NCBI GenBank assembly: GCA_963822585.1
Contig: CAWGIE010000036.1
Span: forward strand, 128,001-192,000
Source: an uncultured bacterium
GTDB taxonomy: Bacteria; Auribacterota; Erginobacteria; Erginobacterales; Erginobacteraceae
Direction of reading: 5' to 3'
DNA length: 64,000 bases
The stretch's first letter is position 1, and the number at the start of each line of letters is the position of its first letter. Position numbers and translations under genes: made by a program. The notes beneath the pieces were generated by a model. The model searched no databases, was not told the origin of the DNA, and was given only the letters and a program-made list of their open reading frames with translations. This document shows positions 41,261 to 52,991 of this stretch, piece after piece.

Positions 41261-42386
41261 TCTCGATATACTTTTATCATCGCCAAGGCCGAAGCCTCCC
41301 AGGTGAAAAACCTGGCCCGCTCCAATCCCTTTCCTCTCAGTCTGTTGCGCTCCGCGGAATCCGATGCCACAACCCCAATGGCGTCGGCCATTGCGGTTAT
41401 GTTATACGGATCTATCAGGATAGCCGCGTCGCCGGCTACCTCCGGCAACGAACTACCCGGGAAGTAATCACCGGACAACCGCAAGCCATTGCTTCCAGTA
41501 CGGACAGCCCGAAGCCTTCATAGAGGGAAGGGAAAACGAACAGGTCGGCGCCGCTGTAAAGAGCCGGCAGGTCATCCTCCCGGATATATCCGGCAAGGAT
41601 CACATCATCCTGTAAATTATGATCGGCTATTGCCTGATAGACCTTTTCATGCTGCCAACCCCCTCCTTTACCGGCGATAACCAGCGCATGCTTCAATCCC
41701 TGCCGTTTGCATTGAACGAAGGCATCGAGCAAACGAGGGATATTTTTCAGGGCCTGGTAGCTGCTGCAAACGTCAAGAATATAGGGGTAGGGTATAGCGG
41801 ATGATCTTCGCAGATGGTCCCGGAGACCGGCGGTAACGGCCACGGATGAAAAGCGTCGGTATCCACGCCCAGGGGTACCACGGTGATTTTATGAGCCGGT
41901 ATTTTGTAGTAGGTAATTATCTCCTTCCGGGCAAACTCCGAATCGGTAACGATTCTGGTGATGAAACGATGCAAATACCGTAGGCTGACCGACCAGCTCA
42001 GCGGCTGGGAGGCCGCGCGGCAATCCACCGGCAGGGAATGGAGGGGCGGCATGCACGGTAACGATAATTTTACGCCCGGCCAGCCAGAAAAGGGGCGAAA
42101 GATCTTCACAGGATAGTGAACAAGATCAAAATGATGCCGGCGAACTGCCGCCGGCATGTCTTGATTCCATGCGTCCGGGCAGTTGCCGCGGCCAATAAGG
42201 AGTGATATCCGGAAAATCGTTATAGAGAGGATCGTGGCCCGGCAACGCGTGAAACAGATGGAACTCAATGTCCCGCTCTTTCAAATTCCGGTAGGCGCGG
42301 AGCAAGCTTTTCAGCAGGCGGCTGACGCCTCCCTGACGGCTCCAATGCAGGCTGGATGTTTCGATACCGATGCGCATCCGACTCAA
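41245..42386 (-). pseudogene. GT4 glycosyltransferase, several frameshifts
   Basis: MRIGIE...[24 protein letters not shown]...[34 protein letters not shown]. Confidence 0.85.
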
Positions 42387-42504
42387 CCGTTCGATACCGC
42401 CCTCCGGTAGAGTTGTTAAATCTGTTGATAATGAGCTTCCGCCTCGATCTTGAACCGGCTTTCCATATCTCGGGGAGCACGGGGATCCAGCCGGGCCAGT
42501 ATCC

Positions 42505-43473
42505 TTACAAGTCCTCCGTTATGGATTCCCGGCTCCCGGCCCGGTATGAGAATAACCTTTTCCCGTCGGCCCGGAAATAGGGATTATTATCCGCGAACAG
42601 GCAGCAGCATCCCAGCTGATGAGCTTCGGCAATGACGATTCCGAATGAATCGCTGGATTTGGTTCTGACATAAGCGTGAGCCGAATTCAGTAAAGCGATC
42701 ATCTGTGCCCGATCGAGCTGCCCGGTCTGGATAACCCGGTCGCCAACGCCGGCCGCGTCGATCGCCTCCTGAACGGCGGTTATTTCTTCTCTTGAACCGG
42801 TACCCACTATCACCCAGAGAAAATCAGTCTGCCGCGACTTCAAATCGGCTGCTATCTTCGGGATCATCGATAATCCGTAATGGGCCTCATAAAAACCGCT
42901 TGTAACCAGCAGTGCCTTATTATCCTTATTCTTTACGACCGCATCCAGACGGCCGGGGAAAGTAACCGGGGTGATGGCAGGTGGTTCCAACGGCAACAGA
43001 CAGGGAATAAGCACTATCCTGTCGGAAGCAATCCCGAAAGAACTGACAAATTGAGCCAGCTCCGGACAGGCCGGGATAATGGTTCGAGCCTGCCGGAAGG
43101 ACCAGACCGTCAATCGCCGGGACCAGAAAGACCAGCGGGAAAATTGTTCGGGGAATCGTTCCCCGTAGATCTGGTAAATCAAAGGCACCGACAGTAACCG
43201 GGCGATCAGGGCATCATATTTACGGACTGTAGAGGCATGCGAATGGAGCACGTCAGGGCCGCATTCCTTCACTTTCAACAGCAAGTTCCGGGAGGGATGC
43301 AACGAACGGGCCGGATACCAGTGTGTAACCGGGAGAGCGGATGCCTGTTCTTTCTCTTCGACAAATATTTTTACCTGGTATCCATCATCACGAAGAAGCC
43401 GGGAAAGATGCATAACATTTGTCGACACGCCTCCCAGGGGGGGGGGATACGGTCCAAGCAATGCTATTTTCAT
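42505..43473 (-). CDS. GT4 glycosyltransferase (C-terminus possibly shortened by frameshift)
   Basis: GPYPPPLGGVS, DSFGIVIAEA. Confidence 0.8.
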   Translation of the reverse strand: MKIALLGPYPPPLGGVSTNVMHLSRLLRDDGYQVKIFVEEKEQASALPVTHWYPARSLHPSRNLLLKVKECGPDVLHSHASTVRKYDALIARLLSVPLIYQIYGERFPEQFSRWSFWSRRLTVWSFRQARTIIPACPELAQFVSSFGIASDRIVLIPCLLPLEPPAITPVTFPGRLDAVVKNKDNKALLVTSGFYEAHYGLSMIPKIAADLKSRQTDFLWVIVGTGSREEITAVQEAIDAAGVGDRVIQTGQLDRAQMIALLNSAHAYVRTKSSDSFGIVIAEAHQLGCCCLFADNNPYFRADGKRLFSYRAGSRESITEDL

Positions 43474-43735
43474 TAATTACTCCGCTATTGATATTAGCCC
43501 TGGCTTTGTTCAAGACTAACCCGATTTATGAATAAAATCGGGTTAAGGAGATGCTTGTTCCAGCCCATTCTTATTACTGGAGGCGGAGGAACAGGTCAAG
43601 CTATTTCCGATCAAAAAACTTTTACTACATTTATTACATTTTGCCTTTATAAAAAGAGCCTTTAATGATATGTATTTCCTGATCAAGACTGAATTCTAAC
43701 CATAGCAAAACATCTTCAATCGGGAGGCCTTCAGC

Positions 43736-45544
43736 ATGTCTGAACGGATACTGATAGTAGACGATATGCCGGAAATTCAGCGGGTTCTCGATCTGGCTCT
43801 CCGGTCGGAGGGGTACCGGGTAAAGACCGTGGGGACGGGAAAGGACGCCTGGAGCGAGATTGATGGCGCGGGGCCGGAGCAGGCGTACCACCTGGCCCTG
43901 GTCGACATCAAGTTGCCCGACATCAACGGCCTGGATCTGGTGGAACGCATCCGGCAGCTTTCACCCCAGACCGAGGTCATCCTGATGACCGGGCATGCCT
44001 CGGTGGAGACGGCGGTCAAGGCCATCAAGCTGGGTGCCTTCGCCTATCTCTCCAAGCCGATCCAGATGGAGGAACTCTATCAGATTGTCCGGCGGGCACT
44101 GGAACGACAGCGGCTGACAATAGAAAACCGCCGACTCCTCGCCAAGTTGAAAGAATCCAACAAGAGCCTGGAAGAGTTGAACAGGACTCTGGAGAAGAGG
44201 GTACAGGACCGGACGGCCGAACTGACGGAATCCCGGGCGGAAATTCAGATAAAGGCCCGCGAACTGGCAATCATCAACGAAATCACCAACGCGATCGCCT
44301 CCAGCCTGGACCTGAAAGAGATTCTGGGGCTGGCGGTGCGGGAGGCGAAAAAACTGGTCGCCTTCGACCGGGCCAGCATCTCTCTGGCTTGGGGGTCGGA
44401 CACGATAAACGAGGTTTATTTTCTGGAGCCGGGAGACGGGCGGGAGACGGAGACGGGCCACACTTACCCGATCAAGGGTACCGGCATCGAATGGGTGATA
44501 AAAAACAAGCGGGCCCTGATCCGGGGTGAGCTTTCCCGAAAGGACGAGTTTCTCGAGGATGAGTTTATCAGAAAGACCGGGGCGCAATCGGGCATCGTGG
44601 TCCCCCTGATCCGGCGGGGACAGGCGATCGGCACGCTCAACCTCGGAAGCATGAAGTCGAACGCCTATGACAGATCCCACGAGATCATCCTCCGCCAGAT
44701 CGCCGGGCAGCTCGCCGTCGCCATCGACAACGCGAACCTTTACCGGAGAATGGAGACATACAGTAAAAACCTGGAGGTCGAGGTAGCCAGGCGGACCGCG
44801 TCGCTGGAGCAGTCCCTCGATGATCTCAAAGAGGCCCAGGAAAAACTGGTCCAGTCCGAGAAACTGGCGGCCATCGCCAAGCTGATCGCGGGGGTGGCCC
44901 ATGAGATCAAAAATCCCCTGAACTCGATGTCCTTTTCCACTGCCAACATAGAAACCATCTGTGACACCTCCACCGATATCGCCCAGGCGAGGGAACTGGC
45001 CCGGGAAAGCATCTCGATCCTGAGGTCAGATATCACCCGGCTGAAGGAGATGGTTGACCGCTTCATGTCGTTTGCCCGTCCGGGACGCCATGAACGGGAA
45101 GAAGTCGATCTTAACACCGTTATCCGGGAAGTGGTCCGGGGGCGCCGGATCGAACTGGAAGAGAAACGGATACAACTCTCGGAAGAGTACGACGAGACAC
45201 TTCCGCCGGTGAAGCTGGAAAAAGACGAATTCCACCGCTCGATTCTCAACCTTCTCCTCAACGCGCTGGAAGCGGTCAAAACCGGCGGACGGATCGGGAT
45301 CAGAACCATCAGCGTCCCCGAAGGCATATCCCTCGAGGTATCTGACAACGGGTGCGGGATCCCCCCCGAGATCCAGGACAAGATCTTCGACATCTTCTTC
45401 ACCACCAAGGCCAAGGGGAGCGGCCTGGGGCTCTCCCAGGTATTCAGAACCGTCGAAAGCCACCGGGGAAGCATCACTTTTGAATCGCCTGAAGGAAAGG
45501 GCACTGTCTTCCGGATACAGATTCCGGCGGGGAGAACACCATGA
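43736..45544 (+). CDS. Hybrid sensor histidine kinase, REC-GAF-HisKA-HATPase, soluble
   Basis: ILIVDD..DIKLPD..KP; GAF (IAGQLAVAIDNA); GVAHEIKNPL, DNGCGI, FFTTK..GSGLGL. Confidence 0.95.
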   Translation: MSERILIVDDMPEIQRVLDLALRSEGYRVKTVGTGKDAWSEIDGAGPEQAYHLALVDIKLPDINGLDLVERIRQLSPQTEVILMTGHASVETAVKAIKLGAFAYLSKPIQMEELYQIVRRALERQRLTIENRRLLAKLKESNKSLEELNRTLEKRVQDRTAELTESRAEIQIKARELAIINEITNAIASSLDLKEILGLAVREAKKLVAFDRASISLAWGSDTINEVYFLEPGDGRETETGHTYPIKGTGIEWVIKNKRALIRGELSRKDEFLEDEFIRKTGAQSGIVVPLIRRGQAIGTLNLGSMKSNAYDRSHEIILRQIAGQLAVAIDNANLYRRMETYSKNLEVEVARRTASLEQSLDDLKEAQEKLVQSEKLAAIAKLIAGVAHEIKNPLNSMSFSTANIETICDTSTDIAQARELARESISILRSDITRLKEMVDRFMSFARPGRHEREEVDLNTVIREVVRGRRIELEEKRIQLSEEYDETLPPVKLEKDEFHRSILNLLLNALEAVKTGGRIGIRTISVPEGISLEVSDNGCGIPPEIQDKIFDIFFTTKAKGSGLGLSQVFRTVESHRGSITFESPEGKGTVFRIQIPAGRTP

Positions 45545-46924
45545 AGCCGCTGCGGGTGCTGGTGCTGGACGACGAAGAGAACATTCGAAAAAGCCTGGGC
45601 ACCTTTTTAAAGATGCACGATTATGAGGTGGAGACGGCGGCGCTTCCTTCCGAGGCGATGAAAAAGCTCCGGGAGGGTGATTTCCAGGTTCTGATCACCG
45701 ACGTGAGGATGCCGGAGATGGATGGAATCCGGCTGGCGGAAGAACTGCACAAGGGATTCCCCGACCTCACCATCCTGGTCGTGACCGCCTACGGGAACGT
45801 CAAGGACGCGGTCCAGGCGATGAGGAAGGGAGCGTTCGATTACCTGACCAAACCCCTGGACCAGGAAGAGCTTCTCATCATCCTCCAGAGGATCGGCGAA
45901 CACTACCGTCTGATCAAGGAGATTCAATCGCTCCGCCGGAGGCTGAAATCGGAAGCTTCCTACCAGGATCTGGTCGGGGAGAGCAAGGCGATCAGGGGCG
46001 TTTATGAACTGATCGATATCGCCGCCAAAAGTGATTACAGCGTTCTGATCACCGGGGAGACCGGAACCGGCAAGGAGATCGTGGCCCGGGCCATCCATCA
46101 TAACAGCGACCGGAAGGAAGGGCCCCTGGTCGACGGTAAACTGCGGGGCGCTCCCGGAGACGATGATGGAGAGCGAACTCTTCGGCCATCTTAAGGGTTC
46201 TTTTACCGGAGCGGTCAAGGACCGTCAGGGGAAGATCCGCTCCGCCCATGGAGGGACCCTCTTCCTGGACGAGGTCGGGACTCTGAGTCCCTCCGCCCAG
46301 GTCAAGCTTCTTCGGGTCCTTGATGAACAGACGTTTGAGCCCCTGGGGAGCGATACCACCATCACGGTTGACATCAGGGTCCTGGCGGCCACCAATGAAG
46401 ACCTCTACCGTGCAGTGGAAGAAGGGAAATTCCGGGAGGACCTCTACTATCGCCTGAACGTCATCCGCGTCAACATCCCCCCTCTGCGGGAGCATAAGGA
46501 AGACATCCCGCTGCTGACCCGGCATATACTCAAGAAACTGGGAAAGGAAGACCTGAAAATCTCCTCCGGCGCCATGAACCTTCTCCTCCAGTATAACTGG
46601 CCGGGCAATATCCGGGAGCTGGAAAACATCCTCAAGAGCATTGCGGCGTTGGTTGACGGGGATAACCTGGTTCTGGAGCACTTTCCCCGGCACCTTCGGG
46701 GGAACGGGGCGCTACAAACCCCCGATTTCAACCACCTGGCATCGTTTGATGATAAAGTCAGCTTATTTGAAAAGTATTTAATCGAGGAAAAACTCCAGCA
46801 GACCGGCGGTAACGTGACCCGGGCCGCCCAGGAACTTGATGTTCCCCTTCGCTCTTTACGCCGCAAGATGGATAAATATTCCCTGACATCCCGTCTTTTT
46901 AAATCAGACACAGATTCAAAATAA
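45541..46924 (+). pseudogene. NtrC-family sigma54-dependent response regulator with a single +1 frameshift near 46130
   Basis: [23 protein letters not shown] restored by removing one base; [28 protein letters not shown], Fis HTH. Confidence 0.85.
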
Positions 46925-47072
46925 TGTCATTTTTAGCATTATTTTTCTCCCATCCGCGATACCTTAACTGCTGTTTCTGACCTATCCCCTTCTCCCCGCG
47001 CCTTTCTGTTTTCTTCCCTATCCTGTTGTCTCTCAATTAGTCTTAAATAGAAAGTCCGGCACCTTTTCTATT

Positions 47073-47089
47073 CTGGCACGGTGCTTGCT
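47073..47089 (+). promoter_or_regulatory. Sigma54 (-24/-12) promoter
   Basis: CTGGCACGGTGCTTGCT. Confidence 0.9.
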
Positions 47090-47100
47090 ATTCTATTAAG

Positions 47101-50100
47101 ATGCTAATGAGGATACTGTCTTCTAATTTGATCTGTGTATTGTTCCTGGTATCGCCCATGTATTTCCGGGGCGCAGGGACTGGGAAAAACCTTTATAGAT
47201 TACCCGGCCAACCCGGTCTTTACGACGGAGGGCGGGGTGGATTACACCTGCGTGGTCTTTGACGCCGCCGCCTTCGGAGAGAACGGCGGCACGTACAAGA
47301 TGTGGTACAGCGCTTACGACCGGGGTCTGGAAAGGATGAGCCTCGGATGCGCTTCGTCCGCTGACGGGGTTACCTGGAAGAAAAGCTCGGCCGGGATGCT
47401 CGATGGTCTTTATTCGGGGGACAACGACCGGCCGGTGGTTCTCTACGACCAGGACCGCTTCGGCGACGTCGGCGGCCCTCTCTACAAGATATGGTACTGG
47501 ACCGGTCCGGAGCAGGAAGACTCGATCGGGGCGATTCATTACGCCGCGTCGGAAGACGGGATCAACTGGTACGGTGACCGGGCGATCGAGCAGAGCCGGC
47601 TCTTTCCCCTGGTGACCGGGGGCGAGGCTGCCCCTCTTACCGGCGAGGCCACCGCCGGAGCCTTCAACAACGCCGCCTATTCGGAACTGCAGAACTGGTT
47701 TTACCGTCTCCAGGGGCCCGGGTACATTATCTATAACCCCAACGCGGCCAATACCGGGAGTAAGACGGCCCGGAACCGCTCCGACGACGCTCCTCTCTCC
47801 TATCGCTACGTGATGTATTACGACTCGGCCAGCGAGGGTTTTTCCCCGGACGGCAGCATGCGACAGATATCGCTGGCCTACTCCACCGACGGCATCTTCT
47901 GGATCCGTTACGGCGATCAGCCGGTGATCGTCCCCGGCGGCGCCGGAGGGTGGGACGGCATGTACGCCTACCGGGCAAGCGTTCTTATGATCGACGGACT
48001 CTACCACATGTGGTACGCGGGTGGCGACGGTCAGGCGCCGGCTTACGACGCAAAGGGCATCGGCCACGGGACGTCGGAGGATGGGATTTCCTGGGTGCTG
48101 GATGATGAGCCGGTCATCGATGTGGGCGACAACGAGTCCTGGAGACTCGACCGGACCGGTGCTCCCTGTGTGGTTGCCGGGACTGCTGCTCAATTACGAT
48201 CGAGTAGCGGCATCAGTACCAAGATGTGGGCAATGGGCGAAGACATTGGCGGCGTTTCCGCGATTGGATACTGGGAAGCGGAAGAACTTTTACTCGACTG
48301 TGTGGAAGTCCCAAATAAGCGGAGTGAGCTCCAATCTTAGAGGGGTTGATTTTGTGACGGAGGATTCCGGCTGGGTAGTCGGCGATCAAGGAACCATCCT
48401 CCGGACTACGGATGGAGGAGATACCTGGAGACTCTGGCAGAGTCATTATAAAGTCAACGACCTGCTGGCGGTTTCATTCTACAAAGATCTGGGATGGGCG
48501 GTCGGTAAAAAGGGAACCGTTCTACATACCGAAGATGGTGGAGTTAGCTGGCATCAACAGCCAAGTTCAGTCGAAACCGACCTTTACGGCGTTTATTTTC
48601 TTGATGATCAACATGGCTGGACGGTCGGAGCAAAAGGAACGATCCTGAGAACGGAAGATGGCGGTAAAACCTGGAAGCAATGGATTTCCCAGATTCCGGT
48701 CATTCTCCCGGACTTACATGATGTGGTTTTTGTGAATAAAAAACAGGGCTGGGTGGCGGGTAATACCGGGCTTATTCTTTATACCGAGGATGGAGGAGAG
48801 AACTGGAAGACACAGGAAAGCGGTGTGCGGGAAGATCTCTTGGGGATAGATTTTCCCCAGCCGAAGCCATATTCCGGCTGGTCGATAGGAGAAACCGGAA
48901 CGATTCTCTTTACCCAGGATACGGGACAGAACTGGAAACAACAGGAAAGTGGGACCAAAGCCTCGCTGGAAGACGTTGTCTTCATCAATAATAAAATCGG
49001 CTGGGTAGTAGGCGGCAAAGGGACGATCCTTCATACCGAGACCAGCGGCAATACCTGGGAACCGCGGATAAGCGGGACCGATCTAACATTGAACGGAGTG
49101 GATTTTCTCGACAGCCGCCACGGGTGGGCGGTTGGCGACAGAGGAACAATTTTAAAGTACACATCCTTGGTTCCCCCTCCTACTCCGACCCCGACCGTCG
49201 AGCCGACAGCTGCAATAACCCCGCTGCCAACCGCGACCCCGACGCCCCGGCCGAGCACAACTCACCCTCCGTCGCCGACAATGACACCGACTGTTCGGCC
49301 GACGGCGACCCCGACCGTCCGGCCGACGGCGACACCGACCGCCCAGCCGACCGCCACTCCGGATCCTTCGCCGATGGCCCCTATCCTGTGTGTAAGACCC
49401 GGTGGCGGAGGCGGTTGTTACGCAACAATCCAAGCCGCAATTGCCGCCGCGGCGAACGGAGATACGATCGAGGTCCACGAGGGGATCTACACCATCACTG
49501 CCGGAACCCAGCTTATTATCAATAAGTCGATCACCCTTCGCTCGGCTCCCGGCGAGACCACGCGTCCTAAGATCAAAACCGACTACCAAAACTGGAATAA
49601 TTGCGCGGTCCAGATCGCGGCGGACAATGTCGTCCTGGATGGATTCGAAATCGATAACACCCGCAGCAACCCTCGCACCGGTTACATCGTCGGAGACTAC
49701 AATAGCGCCAAGAACGGCTGGACGGTCCGGAATTGCGAGATCCACGATGGGGATCAGGGTATCCGATTGATGGGCAACAATGTCACGATTGCGAATAACA
49801 ACATCCATGAGACCGCCGGGGACTGCATCGACGCCGAATATGGCGCCTGCATTGGCCTCAAAGTCACGGGTAACTGGCTTCACTCGCACCACCCCGATTC
49901 GGGGAGAAAACCTGCCGGTTTAACCTACAATGTCTCGTCCGCGGGTACCGCGACGGTTGAGATTACCTATAACTACTGTTGGGCCTGTCGGACGTTCATT
50001 GATTTCCAGAACAACGGAGGCTTGTCTCCTTCCTATGACGTACTGGTAGCGCACAATACGGTGGACTGGTGGATCGGGGACTTGCCGGATCCGATCCAGG

Positions 50101-52872
50101 GAACCGAACTGGCCCAGCAGATGTCCATTGCCTGGTGGGCGGGCAGCGGGAACTGGAATGGGCCGAGGTTTATTATCCGGGACAATATCTTCTCCCGTCA
50201 GAAATGGTACATGATCGTCGACACCGATTCCTTGATGCAAGGGACCGTCAACGTCCAGAACTGTCTTTTCTGGAAGTGGTACCTGCGCAACGATTGGTGG
50301 CCCACATATAAATATCCGTACGAATGGCCGGAGGAACGCGGGGCCGTAGGGTGGAACAATGCGCCGACCGATTTTGCCATGAATGACTGCATTACATCCG
50401 ACCCGATGTTTATCGCTACCGGTACCACCCCGGACGAGTACTATGCGCTTCGCTATGGATCCCCCGCCCTTCTGGGCGCCAGTGACGGTACCAACATCGG
50501 GGCAAACCAGCAGATACCTGACCCACCCCAGGCGACTCCGACGCCAAATGCGACGGCCATCGTAACCCCGTCCGCCGACCGCTACCCCGACCGCCCAGCC
50601 AACGGCGACAGCGACGATAGAACCGACCACGACACCCGCGCCGCCGACCGCGACACCGACGGCCGGAGATCCCACTCCGCTCCCCTCCCCTTCCCCGGTC
50701 AATATAGCACTGGGCAAGACGGCGACCGCTTCCGCTTACCGCTATTCAAATGTTTCTCCCGATCATGTTACCGATGGAAGTTATTCGGAGAGTGTTCTTG
50801 ATTACTGGCTTCTTCCCGACAGTACCACCGGGTGGGTGCGGGTGGATCTGGGCGGCCTATACTTCCTGGATCAGATTCGCTGGCTGAACACCCATAACGG
50901 CTCCTATCACGACCGGGCAACCACCGACTGGAGCCTGGAAGTTTCCCAGGACGGGGTGGTCTATACCGAGATCGCCGGCGGGACGGAGCCGTTCTCCGCG
51001 ACCCCCTCCTGGGTGGCGATAACCGATTTCGCCCATGATGTTTCCTACCGTTACCTCCGCCTGAACGTCAACGGGTACTACAACCGCGGGGGCGGCATCA
51101 ACGAGATCGAAGCCTGCGGGATCCCGGACAGCCCTCCCAGTCCCAACATCGCCCTGGGGAAACAGGCGGTCGCTTCCGCTTTCCGCTATGCCAATGTCAG
51201 TCCCGATCATGTCACCGACGGGAGTTACCTGGAGAATACTATTGATTACTGGCTTCTTCCCGACAATACCCCGGGGTGGGTGCGGGTGGATCTGGGCAAT
51301 CCCTACTTCCTGGATGAGATCCGCTGGCTGAACACCCATGACGGGGCCTATAACGACCGGGCCGCCACCGACTGGAGTCTGAAAGTTTCCAAGGACGGGG
51401 TGGTCTATACCGAGATCGCCAGCGGGACCGAGGAATTTTCCGGATCACCCTCCTGGGTCATCATTCCCTGCGATCCGGAGATCTCCTACCGCTACATCCG
51501 CCTCCAGGTCGACGGGTATTACAACCGCGGGGGCGGCATCAACGAGATCGAAGCTCGCGGAACCCTGGATAATCCGGGAAGTCCCAACATAGCCCTGGGC
51601 AAGCCGGCGACCGCTTCCGCCACCAGCAATCCCAACGTGTGTCCCGACCATGTCACCGATGGGAGCACCCTGGAGAATATCCTTGATTACTGGCTCCTGC
51701 CGAATTCGACCACCGGCTGGGTGCAGGTTGACCTGGAAGGCATCTATGACATCCATAAGATCCGCTGGCTGAACACCCATAATGACGGGTATAACGACCG
51801 GGCCACCACTGACTGGAGGCTTGAAATCTCCAGCGACGGGACCTCCTTCACCGAGTACACCAGCGGGACCGAGGAATTTTCTTCCGAACCGACCTGGGTG
51901 GAATTCAAACACATTCAGGTTGATGCCCGTTACCTGCGGCTGTACGTGGATGGCTACTACAACCGGGGCGGCGGCGTGAATGAAATCGAGGCCTATGGTG
52001 ATCTAAAAAATATCGCCCTGGGCAAGCCAGCGACCGCTTCCGCCACCAGCAATCCCAACGTTTGTCCCGATCATGTTACCGATGGAAGCATCCTGGAGGA
52101 CATTCTTGATTACTGGCTTCTGCCGGATTCGACCCCCGGCTGGGTGCAGGTTGACCTGGGAAACCGCTACGAATTATGCCGGGTGGACTGGCTGAACACC
52201 CATAATGATGGCTATAACGACCGGGCAACCACTGAGTGGCATCTGGCGGTCAGCGAGGATGGCGTGACGTTTGAGGATGTGGCCGCGGGAGATGAAGAAT
52301 TTTCGACAGACCCCGGCTGGGTGGAAGTTACCGCCGTCAGCGGCCTGGTGGGAAGGTATGTCCGCATTTATGTCGACGATTACTATAATCGGGGGGGAGG
52401 GTTGAATGAGATAAAAGTTTATGCTCTTTCCGAGATTTTACCCGACAACATAGCTCTGGGAAAACCGGTGACCGCTTCCGCCACCAGCAATCCCAACGTT
52501 GGTCCCGATCATGTTACCGACGGGAGTTGTTCAGAGGGTAGTCTTGATTACTGGCTTCTTCCCGACAATACCCTCGGCTGGGTGGAGGTGGACCTTGAGG
52601 ATATCCACGACCTGTCGGAGATCCGCTGGCTCAACACTCATAATGACGGGTATAACGACCGGGCCGCCACCAGCTGGAGAGTCGAAATCTCCGAAGACGG
52701 CATTGATTACTCCGAGGTGGGAAGCGGTACCGAGTCGTTCTCGCCGACCCCTTCCTGGGTGGCGATACCCCTTGAGGAAGCGGCGGCCCGCTACATCCGA
52801 CTTCATGTCGACGGCTACTACAACCGGGGCGGCGGCATCAACGAACTCGAAGCCTATGAGGTAGAAGATTAA
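47101..52872 (+). CDS. Giant secreted multidomain protein (five-bladed GH-like propeller, YCF48/BNR propeller, PT linker, beta-helix, PT linker, five F5/8 type C-like repeats), split by three +1 frameshifts
   Basis: Signal peptide frame at 47101 joins 47135 frame; junctions near 47157, 48285, 50572; five NIALGK...HVTDGS...DYWLLP...GGINEIEA repeats. Confidence 0.75.
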
Positions 52873-52899
52873 AAAATCAGGGTTATTGATCTACTTATT

Positions 52900-52942
52900 A
52901 AAAATCCAGAACTTCTGCTATATAGAGGTTCTGGATTTTTTT
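52900..52942. terminator. Bidirectional intrinsic terminator
   Basis: AAAAATCCAGAACTTCT ... AGAGGTTCTGGATTTTTTT between convergent genes. Confidence 0.8.
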
Positions 52943-52991
52943 ACAATCTCTTGATTACACTCTGTCAGGAAGCTGAAAGTGCAAGACAGAA

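Noticed and set aside
50701..52872. Diversity-generating retroelement TR/VR pair
   Set aside because: Repeats are in-frame protein domains, differences are not confined to adenines, and no reverse transcriptase is present.
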